Below, in pieces: positions 1 to 10,387 of a stretch of DNA of 64,000 bases. How positions within the stretch are numbered: the stretch's first letter is position 1; every line of letters begins with the position of its first letter. Under the pieces are notes generated by a model, which searched no databases, was not told the DNA's origin, and saw nothing but the letters and a program-made list of their open reading frames with translations. Source of the stretch: an uncultured Chloroflexia bacterium (GTDB taxonomy: Bacteria > Chloroflexota > Limnocylindria > Limnocylindrales > CSP1-4); assembly GCA_963813535.1 (NCBI GenBank), contig CAWEZH010000003.1, forward strand, positions 928,001 to 992,000, written 5' to 3'. A program made the translations under genes and the position numbers.

Positions 1-564
1 CAGCCCACCCTCCCCGAAGCGGACGCGATGGACCGGCAGCGCGTCGAGCACCTCGTTGGCGATGACTACGCCGTCGAACGGGGCATCGGGCAGGTGGTCG
101 TCGAGCCGATCGGCCAGCCCGGCTGCCTCGAGTCTCGCGCGCAGCCTCGCCAGGCGTCGGGCGTCGACCTCGATCGGTGCATATCGGATGGCCGGCGGCA
201 GCGCCCGCAGCAACGGGACGGCCAGTGACCCCTCGCCTGCGCCGTGCTCGACGACGACGAACCGGGCGGGCTCGCCCAAGGCACGCCACGTGTCCTCGAC
301 CGCCCGCCCGAGCAGCTCGCCGACCATCGGGTGCAGCTCCGGGGCGGTCAGGAAGTCGCCGCCGCGGCCGGGCCGGGCTTCGGCCGAGCGGTAGTAGCCG
401 CCGTCCGGGTCGTATAGCGCACGCTCCATGAACCGCGCGAACGGCATGGGTCCATCCCGCCGGATCTCGTCCCGGATGCGGTCGGCGAGCACGGCGTTCT
501 CACGCAGATCCGACAGGTCGATCGGCGCCTCGCGGCGGAGCCCGGGTTCGAGTGGCCTCACCAT
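1..564 (-). CDS. SAM-dependent methyltransferase, MidA/NDUFAF7 family (3' end runs off window)
   Basis: Not in the ORF track. Manual translation from ATG 564 (or GTG 561) gives ...LADRIRDEIRRDGPMPFARFMERALYDPDGGYY...GDFLTAPELHP...VEHGAGEG...IANEVLDALP, which are hallmark MidA motifs. Confidence 0.9.
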   Translation of the reverse strand, partial: MVRPLEPGLRREAPIDLSDLRENAVLADRIRDEIRRDGPMPFARFMERALYDPDGGYYRSAEARPGRGGDFLTAPELHPMVGELLGRAVEDTWRALGEPARFVVVEHGAGEGSLAVPLLRALPPAIRYAPIEVDARRLARLRARLEAAGLADRLDDHLPDAPFDGVVIANEVLDALPVHRVRFGEGGL

Positions 565-570
565 CGGATG

Positions 571-1617
571 CTAGCGGTGCCCATCGAGCGCCAGCTGCAG
601 GCCCGGTCCGACCAGCGTGTGACCACCGAGCATGATCGGGATCGGCGCCTCGGCGGCCGAGATGGTCAGGGCGCGTAGCCACGGGTCAGCGATCCGGGAC
701 CCGAGCAGGAGGTCCGAAGCGAAGCGGTCCTCCGGAACGGGCCAGCCTGTCTCGTCGGCCCCGACGTGGTGCGCCAGCAGGACCCGACTGTCGATGATCG
801 CGGCATCCGCCAGCTGCGCGACGTGCCCAGCGAACGACGCTGGCCCATCCCGCTCCAGGAGCGCACCGAGCACCGAGGCCGCGGGCCGCTGACCGGGCCG
901 CCGCGTGCGGAGCCCGCGCTCCTCGATGAGGGCTCGTGTCCGCGACGCGGTGCGGGCTTCCAGCCAGCCGAGGTTCGCGGCCGACACCCGCCCGGCGATC
1001 AGGAGCTCGGCGTTCGGGTCATCGACCACGGCCCGGACGCCGTCCATCGCTCGACGCGTCGCCTCGGTATCGGACGCGTCGAGCTGCGATGCCCATCGAC
1101 CGCCGAGGAGCACGAGGTCGAGCGGGCCGTCGATGTCGATGCCGAGACGCCGTCGGCCGCGCCGGTCGTCGACGGGCACGCCGGCGACCTCGTCGAGCCA
1201 GCGTGGTAGCGCGTTGTCGGTGGCCAGGTCGGGGAGGTCGGCGAGGGCCGTGCGGGCGCAGGCGACGGCGACGACATCGGCCGAATACCGATTGTTGGCC
1301 AGCGCTTGCGGCTGGGGCGCCGCGGCGGCCGCAACCAGCTCCCGGAGGTCGGCCGCGGTCGCGAGCGGGACCGCGCCCGAACCGAGGACCACGAGCCCGC
1401 CATCGCCGATCTCGGCGACGAGCTCGCGAAGCCGCGCACCGAACGGTCGCCCAGCCGCCCGGTCCGTGTGGAGCCGGACCCGCGTCGCACCGGCGGCGAG
1501 GAAGGCACGTCGGTGCCGATCGGCGAGACGCAGTCGGGCGGCCGCGGTCGCGACGCTCAGCGGGCCGGCATCCGGATCCGGCGCAGCATGCAGGATCGCG
1601 ACATCGACCTCGGTCAC
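571..1617 (-). CDS. Conserved hypothetical protein, possibly a nucleotide-diphospho-sugar transferase/CofC-like fold
   Basis: ORF 571..1794. The likely start is GTG 1617 because the upstream part overlaps folK. Motifs PFGARL, GSGAVPL, ANNRYSAD and DIDGPLDL; the fold call is tentative. Confidence 0.6.
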   Translation of the reverse strand: MTEVDVAILHAAPDPDAGPLSVATAAARLRLADRHRRAFLAAGATRVRLHTDRAAGRPFGARLRELVAEIGDGGLVVLGSGAVPLATAADLRELVAAAAAPQPQALANNRYSADVVAVACARTALADLPDLATDNALPRWLDEVAGVPVDDRRGRRRLGIDIDGPLDLVLLGGRWASQLDASDTEATRRAMDGVRAVVDDPNAELLIAGRVSAANLGWLEARTASRTRALIEERGLRTRRPGQRPAASVLGALLERDGPASFAGHVAQLADAAIIDSRVLLAHHVGADETGWPVPEDRFASDLLLGSRIADPWLRALTISAAEAPIPIMLGGHTLVGPGLQLALDGHR

Positions 1618-1708
1618 GGGACGCCGAGGACCTGCGCAGGCAAGGCGGTCTCGACACGGCCCGTCGAGCTGGGATCCGGGGTCATCGCCGGATAGTAAGG
1701 TGCCCTCG

Positions 1709-2344
1709 ATGAGCCGCCGTCGGACCGTTCGCGCGTACGTCGGCCTCGGCGCGAACCTCGGCGATGCCGCACGATCGCTGGCGGCCGCCGTCACATCCCT
1801 CGAGGCGCTGCCGGGAGTCTCGGTCCGCGGGGTCTCGCGCCTCTATGCGACGGCGCCGTGGGGCGTCACGGACCAGCCCGAGTTCCGCAACGCCGCCGCC
1901 CGCCTCGACGTCTCCGCGGCGACCGGCGTTCCAGAGAGGGCCGCGCTCGACCTGCTCGGGCAGCTCAAGACGATCGAGCGTGGCGCGGGTCGCCAGCCTC
2001 GAGACCGCTGGGGACCGCGTGAGCTCGACCTGGACCTCCTGATCTTCGGCCGCCATCGGATCGACGTCGAGCGGTCGCCGCCCGCCCGCTCCGTCGACGC
2101 CGAGACCGATCCGGCGAAGGCCGCCAAGCGGCTGCAGGTCCCGCATCGGGACCTCGGGGAGCGGCTGTTCGTCCTGGCGCCGCTCGCCGACCTCGCCCCC
2201 CGGCTCGTGCCGCCCGGTTGGTCCGAGACGGTCGAGAGACGCCGCCGAAAGGTCGCTGCATCCGAGCCTCCGGGGAGTGTCAGGATCGTCGGGGAATGGC
2301 AGCCGGATCTGGGTGCGTGGCGTGCGCCGAGGCCGGGCGCATGA
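1709..2344 (+). CDS. folK: 2-amino-4-hydroxy-6-hydroxymethyldihydropteridine diphosphokinase
   Basis: C-terminal part of ORF 905..2344: AYVGLGANLGD, SRLYATAPWG, DQPEFRNA, RWGPRELDLDLL, VPH, ERLFVLAPL. Confidence 0.95.
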   Translation: MSRRRTVRAYVGLGANLGDAARSLAAAVTSLEALPGVSVRGVSRLYATAPWGVTDQPEFRNAAARLDVSAATGVPERAALDLLGQLKTIERGAGRQPRDRWGPRELDLDLLIFGRHRIDVERSPPARSVDAETDPAKAAKRLQVPHRDLGERLFVLAPLADLAPRLVPPGWSETVERRRRKVAASEPPGSVRIVGEWQPDLGAWRAPRPGA

Positions 2345-2358
2345 CGGGGCAGCTCGGG

Positions 2359-3630
2359 TCAGGCCGTCTGACGAAGCGCGTCGACGGCGCGGACCACGTC
2401 CTCGAACGAGCTGTACAACGGCACCGGTGCCAGCCGGATGAGGTCCGGCTCGCGGACGTCCGCGACCACGTCGTACGCCTCGAGGGCAGTCGCCCGGCCG
2501 TGCGCATCGGCCACGCGCAGCGTCAACTGCGCACCACGCTGGGCCGGGTCGCGCGGCGTCACGATCGTGGCATCGGGCACGAGCACGTCCACCAGTCGCT
2601 CGAGCTCGCCGGTCAACGTGAGGGACCGCTCCCGCAGCGCCGGCATCCCGACTTCATCGAACATCGCCAGTGAGACCGCGATCGGCGCGAGCGACAGGAT
2701 GGGCGGGGTGGAGATCCGGAAACCGTCTGCGCCGGGGCCCGGCTCGAATGTCTCCGCCATCCGGAAGCGGGTCGACGGCTCGTTGCCCCACCACCCGGCG
2801 AGCCGCGGCGTCTGCGCGTCGGTCGCGTGGCGTTCGTGGATGAACACCTGTGCGAGCGCTCCCGGCCCGCTGTTCAGGTACTTGTAGGTGCACCACGCGG
2901 CCGCGTCGACGTCGTCGTCGTGGAGCCGCAGCGGGATGTTGCCGGCCGCGTGCGCCAGGTCCCAGATCGCGATCGCGCCAGCAGCGCGCGCCGCGGCCGT
3001 GTGACGACGGATGTCGAACGCCTGGCCCGTCGCGTAGTTCACGCCGGCCAGCAGCACGACGGCCAGCTCGTCGCGGTGCCGATCGATCGTCTCGTCGAGG
3101 TCGTCCGGTCGCACGACATCCTCACCCGGGCGCGGTCGGACGACGATCAGGTCGGCCGCCGGATCGAGCCCGTGATGGCGGAGCTGCGACTCGACGACAT
3201 AGCGATCTGACGGGAACGTGGGGGCATCGATGAGGATCCGTCGGCGGGTCCCGCCAGGCCGGAAGAGCGACGAGAGCAGCAGGTGCAGGTCGATGCTGAG
3301 CGTGTTGGCCGTGGTGACCTCGGATGGCGCCGCCCCGACGAGACGTCCGGTGGCCGGGGCGAGCTCTCGCTCGACGTCGATCCAGGGTCGCTCCGGGTAG
3401 AACCAGGCGTCGACGCCGAGACGCGCCCAGGCCTCGAGGCGCTCCTCGACGGCCGCCCGCGCGGCGACGGGCTGGGCGCCCAGACTCTGTCCTGCGAGGT
3501 AGGCCTTCGGACGGCCGTCCCGGCCGATCGGCAGCTGGAAGCGCTCGCGCAGCGAGCGCGTCGGATCGGCGCGGTCGCGTCGGATGGCCTCGGCGCGCTC
3601 GGCCTCGATCGCCGTCGGCGTCGAGGTCAC
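2359..3630 (-). CDS. kynU: Kynureninase (PLP-dependent)
   Basis: YLAGQSLG, FPSDRY, WDLAHAAGN, WCTYKYLNSGPG, GWWG and RLAPVPLY. Its GTG start overlaps the upstream TGA. Confidence 0.95.
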   Translation of the reverse strand: MTSTPTAIEAERAEAIRRDRADPTRSLRERFQLPIGRDGRPKAYLAGQSLGAQPVAARAAVEERLEAWARLGVDAWFYPERPWIDVERELAPATGRLVGAAPSEVTTANTLSIDLHLLLSSLFRPGGTRRRILIDAPTFPSDRYVVESQLRHHGLDPAADLIVVRPRPGEDVVRPDDLDETIDRHRDELAVVLLAGVNYATGQAFDIRRHTAAARAAGAIAIWDLAHAAGNIPLRLHDDDVDAAAWCTYKYLNSGPGALAQVFIHERHATDAQTPRLAGWWGNEPSTRFRMAETFEPGPGADGFRISTPPILSLAPIAVSLAMFDEVGMPALRERSLTLTGELERLVDVLVPDATIVTPRDPAQRGAQLTLRVADAHGRATALEAYDVVADVREPDLIRLAPVPLYSSFEDVVRAVDALRQTA

Positions 3631-5051
3631 GCCTGGGAAACCTCCCCGGCCGCCAGGCGAGCGGCGACATCAGGGATCCCGCCACGCTCCACGACACGGA
3701 CCGGGTGGCCCTGCGCTTCGACCAGGCCGGCGGCGATCAGCGCGCGACTGCCGGACCGGCAGGCGATCGTCACCGGGGCGCCCGCCGGTAGCGCGGTGGC
3801 GTCGCCCGCGATGAGCCGCGGGAGCGACAGCTCGACGGCGTCCTCGATCCGGCCCTCGTCGCGGAGCTCGGCGGGGTCGCGCACGTCGAGGACGATCGGG
3901 GGTCGATCCGAGCGCAGCTCGTCGGCGAGGGCTCCGGCCGTGATCGTCGGCATCTCGACGATCGGGCGCCCCGAGGCAGCCCAGGCATCGACCCCGCCCT
4001 CGAGCACACCCAGCAGCCGGTCGAATCCGATCCGCACGAGCTGGTCGACCGCCTCGTCGGCGGCCCCCGCCCGCTCCGATAGCACGAGGACGAGTGGCGT
4101 TCCGACCGGCAGGATCCAGCCGACGTACGACGCGAACGTGTCGCCGAGCTCGATCGTCAGCGAGCCCGGGATGTGGCCGGCCGTCACCGCGCGGCGGGGG
4201 CGTCCGTCGACGAGGCGGGCACCGCCACCGAGCGCGGCGCTGACCGCATCCGGGTCCAGCCGCGCCAGATCGGGGCGCCGGCCCAGGACCGCCGGTCCGG
4301 TCCGGTTCATCGGACCCATCTCGGCGTAGTAGGCCGGATAGGGTGCGAACCCCGCGACGAGCCGAGCGCGGAACGTCGCGGCGTCGCCGATGGCGAACAG
4401 GGGGTTCGAACGCCGCTCGTCGCCGATGGTCGACGTCGGCTCCTCGTGCATCGGCCCGGCGGCGCAGAAGCTGCCGGATCCGTGGGTCGGCCATACGGCG
4501 ACATCGTCCGGGAGACGCGCGAGTGCCCGGAGCGAGTCGAACTGCTGGAGCGTGAGCGCGTCGGTCGAATCGTCCCCGAGCAGGTCGGTCCGCCCGACGC
4601 TGCCGATGAGCAGGGATCCGCCGGTCAGGACCGCGATGGGAACCCCGTTCGACGCGGACTCCTCGAGGTCGTGGACCTCCCAGGCGAGGTGCTCCGGCGT
4701 ATGGCCGGGGGTCGCCCGTGCCCGCAGCCGGACGCCACCGAGCTCGATCTGGTCGTCCGCGTCGACCGGCTGGTGGTCGAACGCATAGCGACCGCGCGCG
4801 GGCGCGTAGATCGATGCCCGATCGGCCGCGGCGAGCTCGAGCGCTCCCGACAGGTAGTCGTTGTGGACATGGGTCTCGACGACCGTCCGCAGCCGCCAGC
4901 CCCGGCGGTCGACGACCTCGCGGACCCGCCACGCGTCCCGTGGTGGATCGACGACCAGCGCCTCCCCGTCGGAGGCGAGGACGTAGGTCGAATTGCCCAA
5001 GCCCCGAGTGCGCAGGATCTCGACATCCATTCGGCGCTCATCATCGGACAT
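3627..5051 (-). CDS. MBL-fold metallo-hydrolase (persulfide dioxygenase-like) with two rhodanese domains
   Basis: ETHVHNDYLSG, TPGHTPEH, GRTDL, PTHGSGSFC; rhodanese motifs GHIPGS, LDVR and CRSGSR. Confidence 0.9.
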   Translation of the reverse strand: MSDDERRMDVEILRTRGLGNSTYVLASDGEALVVDPPRDAWRVREVVDRRGWRLRTVVETHVHNDYLSGALELAAADRASIYAPARGRYAFDHQPVDADDQIELGGVRLRARATPGHTPEHLAWEVHDLEESASNGVPIAVLTGGSLLIGSVGRTDLLGDDSTDALTLQQFDSLRALARLPDDVAVWPTHGSGSFCAAGPMHEEPTSTIGDERRSNPLFAIGDAATFRARLVAGFAPYPAYYAEMGPMNRTGPAVLGRRPDLARLDPDAVSAALGGGARLVDGRPRRAVTAGHIPGSLTIELGDTFASYVGWILPVGTPLVLVLSERAGAADEAVDQLVRIGFDRLLGVLEGGVDAWAASGRPIVEMPTITAGALADELRSDRPPIVLDVRDPAELRDEGRIEDAVELSLPRLIAGDATALPAGAPVTIACRSGSRALIAAGLVEAQGHPVRVVERGGIPDVAARLAAGEVSQA

Positions 5052-5143
5052 GGCGTCCAGCGTGCGCGGGCCGTTGGGCGATACTTGCACCTTCACGGCT
5101 GCAGTGCCGTCCCGGAACGCTCGCAAGGAGACGCCCGAATCGG

Positions 5144-6143
5144 ATGACGACGATCGGCTACGCCGCGATGATGGAGCAGTTCCATCCGAACGACCTCGTC
5201 GACTGGTGCGCCCAGGCGGAGGCGGCCGGTTTCGAGGCCGGCTTCATGGTCTCGGAGCACTTCCACCCCTGGACACCCGAGCAGGGCCAGAGCGGCTTCG
5301 CGTGGGCCTTCATGGGCGCGCTCGGCCAGCGCACGTCGCTGCGCTTCGGGACGGCCGTCACGTGCCCGGGCTTCCGCTACCACCCCGCGGTCATCGCCCA
5401 TGCCGCGGCGACGCTTGGGGCGATGTATCCCGGCCGCTTCTATCTCGGGCTCGGTGCAGGGCGAGGCCCTCAACGAGCACGTCGTCGCCCCGGTCTGGCC
5501 GGAAGTTCCGATCCGCAGCGCGATGATGTTCGAGGCTGTCGAGGTCATCTCGAAGCTGTTCAGCGGTGACGTGGTGCGTCACGACGGCAAGTACTTCACC
5601 CTCGAGCGGGCCAAGCTGTACACCCGTCCCCCGGACGACCAGCGCGTGCCGATCTACGTCGCCACGGCCGGCCCGGTCAACGCCAAGAAGACCGGCAAGT
5701 TCGCGGACGGGATCATCACGGTCGGTGCCGCCGACGAGAAGATGGAGATGATCTGGGGCAAGTTCGAGGAGGGTCGAGCCGAGGCCGGCAAGGATCCCAA
5801 GACGGGTCCCAAGATGCTCCAGATCCACATCTCGTGGGCACCCACCGAGGAGGCGGCCATGGAGAACGCCATGGTCGAGTGGCCCAACGGCGGTATGGCC
5901 TTCTTCCCGAAGCAGGACATCAAGAACCCGGAGGACTTCGCCGGGATCGCCAAGCTCGTCCGCCCGGAGGACTTCAAGAACCGGGTCATGATCAGCAGCG
6001 ATCTCGAGGCCCATACGCGCCATATCCAGCATTACGTGGACATGGGCTACGACGAGGTCCACCTCCATAACGTCGGGCGGAACCAGGCCGAGTTCATCGA
6101 GGTCTTCGGCAAGGAGGTCCTGCCCAACCTGCGCCTCGGCTAG
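5144..6143 (+). CDS. F420-dependent LLM-class oxidoreductase (G6PDH-like, TIGR03557 type); +1 frameshift at ~5460
   Basis: The N-half (SEHFHPW, GTAVTCP, GLGAG) is in ORF 4718..5569 and the C-half (EALNEH...) is in ORF 5400..6143. The span is 1000 nt = 999+1, with an extra G in GGG. AAGGAG RBS upstream. Confidence 0.88.
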
Positions 6144-6168
6144 CCGAGGCGCGTGGTCCGATCCCGCT

Positions 6169-7182
6169 TCAGCCCGACACGCCGCCGCTTGGTGGTGGGC
6201 TGCCCGTGAGCAGGACGGCGACGGCCAGGGCGAGCAGCCCGATAGCGACCCACATCGACGCGCCCAGGAGGACCGGGCGGCCGCCGATCCCCGCCAGCGA
6301 CCGGAGGTCGGTCGCCATGCCGACGCCGGCCAGGGCGACCAGGATCAGGAGCGACGCAAGGGTCGAACACAGGTCCGCGAGGGTGCCGCCCGTCGGGAGC
6401 GGGACGTCCAGCAGGCCCGCCGAACGGAGCGCGGCGACGGCGATGAACCCGACGACGAACCACGGGACGGCGCGGCCGACCATCGCGAGGCGGGACGTCC
6501 GTGCGGCATCCGGATCCGGGGCCGTCGACCGCGCGACCAGCCACGTCGCGCCGAGGAGGACCGGCAGGATCGCCAGGTTCCGGGTCAGCTTGACGACCGT
6601 CGCGACGTCGCCCGCTTCGGGCGAGTAGGCGTAGCCGGTCGCCACGACCTGGGCCGTGTCGTTGACGGCCAGCCCGGCCCACGTGCCGAAGACGGTGTCG
6701 TCCAGACCGAGCACCCGCCCGAGTACCGGCAGCAACAGCACCCCGATCAGACCGAAGATCGTGATGGTCGACACCGCGTACGCCGTGTCGCGGTGCTTGG
6801 CGCCGATGATCGGCGACAGGGCGAGGATCGCCGAGTTGCCGCAGATCGCCATGCCGACCGTGATGAGCGCCGACAGCGGCGGCACGAGTCCGAGCCGACG
6901 GGCGAGCCAGGTGCCGAGCACCAGCGCCGTCACGACCACGATGACGATGGCGACGATGCTGCCGGCCCCGGTGCTCAGGAGTTGGCCGAGCGTGAGCCGC
7001 GCACCGAGCAGGGTGATGCCGAGGCGCAGCGCGTACCGTGCCGCGAGCGTCGCGCCGGGCAGCACCGCTGCGCGAACGCTCGTCGCGGCCCCGACCGCCA
7101 GTCCGAGCGCCAGCGCGACCGCCGTCTCGAGACCGAGCTGGAGCACCGAGCCGGTCCATCGCGCCACCGCGGCCACGACCAC
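6169..7182 (-). CDS. Putative sulfate exporter family transporter (YeiH/PSE)
   Basis: LRLGITLLG, AICGNSAI, FGTWAG, DTAQVVA, TVVKLTRN and VPWFV. The hydrophobic frame continues upstream to a CTG at 7242 that overlaps the glpX stop. Confidence 0.9.
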   Translation of the reverse strand: MVVAAVARWTGSVLQLGLETAVALALGLAVGAATSVRAAVLPGATLAARYALRLGITLLGARLTLGQLLSTGAGSIVAIVIVVVTALVLGTWLARRLGLVPPLSALITVGMAICGNSAILALSPIIGAKHRDTAYAVSTITIFGLIGVLLLPVLGRVLGLDDTVFGTWAGLAVNDTAQVVATGYAYSPEAGDVATVVKLTRNLAILPVLLGATWLVARSTAPDPDAARTSRLAMVGRAVPWFVVGFIAVAALRSAGLLDVPLPTGGTLADLCSTLASLLILVALAGVGMATDLRSLAGIGGRPVLLGASMWVAIGLLALAVAVLLTGSPPPSGGVSG

Positions 7183-7238
7183 GCACGCGGCGAGTCCCAG
7201 GGCGAGGCCGACTTCCGAGCGCGGGGGAGCCGCAGCGG

Positions 7239-8222
7239 TCAGAGTCGGACCCGGGGCGGGCTGTCTCGGTCGAACATGTGGACCGTGTCGACGAACCGGA
7301 CCTGCTTGGCCTGGTAGGCCATCACGAGCGAGTGGGTCCGAGCGCCACCGCCGAAGAACCGCACGCCCTGGAGCAGGTCGCCGGTCGTGACACCGGTGGC
7401 GGCGAAGACGAGGTTCTCGCCGGGGGCGAGGTCCTCGGTCGTATAGACGCGCTCCTCATCGCCATGCCCCATGCGCGTCCCACGCTCTCGCTCCTCAGGG
7501 CTGCGGTACCGGAACCGCGCCTGGATCTCGCCACCGAGGCAACGCAGCGCGCCGGCAGTGATGACGCCTTCGGGAGCACCGCCGATGCCCATGACCGCGT
7601 GGACACCGGTCCCGGACACGGCGCAGGAGATCGCCGCGGACAGGTCGCCATCGCCGATGAGCTTGATCCTCGCGCCGGCTTGGCGGACCTCGGCGATGAG
7701 CGCCTCGTGACGGGGTCGCTCGAGGATGACGACGGTGATATCCGAGATCTTCCGGCCGAGTGCGTCGGCGATCCGCCGGAGGTTCTCGGTCGGGCTGACA
7801 CGGATGTCCACCTTGCCTGCGGCGATCGGGCCGACGCAGAGCTTCTCCATGTACGTGTCGGGTGCATTGGTCAGGCCGCCGGCCTCGCTCGCACAAAGCA
7901 CGGTGATCGCGCCCGCCTGCCCGTGGGCGACAAGGTTCGTGCCCTCCAACGGGTCGACGGCGATGTCGATGGCGGGCACCTCGGCGCGCTCCGCGCCCGT
8001 CTTGCCGACCCGCTCGCCGATGTACAGCATGGGCGCCTCATCGCGCTCGCCCTCGCCGATGACGATGCGGCCCGCGAACTCGATCTCGTCCATCGTCTTG
8101 CGCATCGCGCTCGTTGCCGCGGCGTCCGCTTCGTCCTTGGCACCCCGCCCCATGAACCGCGCCGACTCGATAGCGGCCGCCTCGGTCACCCGGACCATCT
8201 CGAGCGCCAGCAGTTGTTCCAT
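7239..8222 (-). CDS. glpX: Class II fructose-1,6-bisphosphatase
   Basis: [46 protein letters not shown] and FAATGVT. Confidence 0.97.
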   Translation of the reverse strand: MEQLLALEMVRVTEAAAIESARFMGRGAKDEADAAATSAMRKTMDEIEFAGRIVIGEGERDEAPMLYIGERVGKTGAERAEVPAIDIAVDPLEGTNLVAHGQAGAITVLCASEAGGLTNAPDTYMEKLCVGPIAAGKVDIRVSPTENLRRIADALGRKISDITVVILERPRHEALIAEVRQAGARIKLIGDGDLSAAISCAVSGTGVHAVMGIGGAPEGVITAGALRCLGGEIQARFRYRSPEERERGTRMGHGDEERVYTTEDLAPGENLVFAATGVTTGDLLQGVRFFGGGARTHSLVMAYQAKQVRFVDTVHMFDRDSPPRVRL

Positions 8223-8275
8223 CTACGAACCGTCAGGGGCCGCTAGGCGGTGCGGGGAACTGACAGGGCCGCCGC

Positions 8276-9823
8276 TCAATGTCGAAAGTGCCTTCTACCG
8301 GTGAATACCATGGCCATGTGGTGTCGGTCGGCGACTTCGATCGCCATCTCGTCGCGGATCGAGCCGCCCGGCTGGATGATCGCGGTGACGCCCGCGAACG
8401 CCGCCGCTTGGATGCCGTCGGGGAAGGGGAAATACGCGTCCGACGCCATGACCGCCGTCTTGGCCCGATCGCCGGCGCGCCGCAATGCGATCTCGACCGA
8501 CACCTGGCGTGACGCCTGGCCCGCGCCGATCCCGACGGTCGCCGCGTTCCGCGCCAGGACGATGGCGTTCGAGCGGACGTGGCGGACGGCGCGCCACGCG
8601 AACAGGAGGTCCGTCAACTCCTCGAGCGTCGGACGGCGGCGGGTCACGACCTGGAGCTGGCCGCGGTCGAGGCCAAGGTCGTCGAGATCCTCGACGAGCA
8701 GGCCGCCGGCGACGCGCTTGAAGTCGAGGTTGGCGATCCCGTAGTCGCGCATGCCATCGGTCGGGTCGGGCGGGACGGCGAGCAGTTCCAGGCCCGCCTT
8801 CGACTTGAGGATGCCGATCGCGGCTTGGCTGAAGCCCGGGGCGACGACCGCCTCGTATGAATTCGCCGCGATCTCGCGTGCCGTCGCGCCATCGAGCTCC
8901 CGATTGACACCGACGATCCCGCCGAAGGACGCCACGGGATCCGTTTCGAGCGCGTGCCGATACGCCTCGACGAGTTCGTCATGGGAGGCAAGGCCGACCG
9001 GGTCGGTGTGCTTGGCGATCGTCACTGTCGGGGCCGTGTAGTCGCGGGCGATCTGGTACGCCGCGTCGAGGTCGAGCAGGTTGTTGAACGAGGGCCGGTC
9101 GCCCTGCAGCTGGGTCGCGTCGGCGAGCGTCGCGCTCCGGTGCGTCGTCTCGCGATAGAACGCCGCGCGCTGGTGCGGGTTCTCGCCATAGCGGAGGTCG
9201 TCGACCTTCTCCAGCACAAGCGCCAGCCGCCGCGGGAAGACATTGCCGGAGATCTGGTTGAGATAGGCCGCGATCTCGGCGTGGTAGGCGGCGACCGTGC
9301 TGAACGCCTCGGCGGCGAGCCGTGCGCGCGTCTCGGCGCTCACCTGGCCGAGCTCCTTGAGCTCGCCGAGGATCGCGTCGTAGTGCGACGGGTCGGATGC
9401 GGCCGCGACGCCCGCCGAGTTGCGGGCGGCAGCGCCGAGCAGCGCCGCGCCGCCGACATCGATCATCTCGATCGCCTCGTCGATGCCGACCAGCTTGGCG
9501 CCGACGGTCGGGGCGAACGGCTTCACGTTGACGATGACGATGTCGATCGGGATGATCCCCTGCGCCTTCAGGTCGGCCATCTGATGGGGGACGTCGCGCC
9601 GCGCGAGGATGCCGGCGTACACGGCGTGATGGAATGTCTTGACCTGGCCGCCGATGGTCGGCTCGCCGTCGGTCAACTCATTGACCGACCCGACATCGAT
9701 CCCCTCACCGGCGAGGTATTCGCGGGTGCCGTCGGTGGCGAACATCTCCACGTCGAGGGCATGGAGTACCCGGGCGAGCGCCGCGATTCCCTCCCGGTTC
9801 GCGACTGACAGCAGGGCTCGCAC
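8276..9823 (-). CDS. purH: Bifunctional AICAR formyltransferase / IMP cyclohydrolase
   Basis: [43 protein letters not shown] and [12 protein letters not shown] 9823 follows a GAGGAGG RBS. Confidence 0.95.
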   Translation of the reverse strand: MRALLSVANREGIAALARVLHALDVEMFATDGTREYLAGEGIDVGSVNELTDGEPTIGGQVKTFHHAVYAGILARRDVPHQMADLKAQGIIPIDIVIVNVKPFAPTVGAKLVGIDEAIEMIDVGGAALLGAAARNSAGVAAASDPSHYDAILGELKELGQVSAETRARLAAEAFSTVAAYHAEIAAYLNQISGNVFPRRLALVLEKVDDLRYGENPHQRAAFYRETTHRSATLADATQLQGDRPSFNNLLDLDAAYQIARDYTAPTVTIAKHTDPVGLASHDELVEAYRHALETDPVASFGGIVGVNRELDGATAREIAANSYEAVVAPGFSQAAIGILKSKAGLELLAVPPDPTDGMRDYGIANLDFKRVAGGLLVEDLDDLGLDRGQLQVVTRRRPTLEELTDLLFAWRAVRHVRSNAIVLARNAATVGIGAGQASRQVSVEIALRRAGDRAKTAVMASDAYFPFPDGIQAAAFAGVTAIIQPGGSIRDEMAIEVADRHHMAMVFTGRRHFRH

Positions 9824-9939
9824 CCGGGGCGTTCCTCCTCCCACCGCGCGGCCGTCGGGAGCGGACCGCTCCGGCCGAGTATAGCGTCCGACATGGCATA
9901 CTCCGGCGCACCGATCGACCCACCCATCGCGAGGCAGCG

Positions 9940-10380
9940 ATGACGCTTGCGCCCTGGGACTACCTCTTCACGTCGTTCAACAGCCACAACTTCCCGGACC
10001 TGTTCCACCCGACATGGATCGCGTCCGCGGTGCTGCTGGCCGCCCTGATCGTCCTCTACCAGATCCGGACGCGGGCCCTCCACCGCCACCAGCCCTTCGT
10101 CGATCTCTGGGAGTGGCTGTGGTGGACCGGGCTGATCACGTTCAGCCTGCTCATCATCGAAGCCCTGTTCGTGTTCGACTTCATCCTGGTGCTCGCTACG
10201 GCGATCATCGGCCTCGGCACGCTGGTCTGGATCCGCTTCGTGCGCTTCCCGCCGATCCTCCGCGCCCACGAGCAGCGACTGGCGCGGCAGCGCTACTTCA
10301 CCAAGCAGAAGTTCGCCGACCCCGAGGCGACGATCCGACGGCGCAGCGGTCCACGGCGGCAGCGCCGGCGGCGGCGCTAG
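9940..10380 (+). CDS. Hypothetical membrane protein (about 3 TM, Arg-rich C-terminus)
   Basis: Clean coding bias, GAGG RBS, hydrophobic segments. Confidence 0.8.
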   Translation: MTLAPWDYLFTSFNSHNFPDLFHPTWIASAVLLAALIVLYQIRTRALHRHQPFVDLWEWLWWTGLITFSLLIIEALFVFDFILVLATAIIGLGTLVWIRFVRFPPILRAHEQRLARQRYFTKQKFADPEATIRRRSGPRRQRRRRR

Positions 10381-10387
10381 TCGCGCG

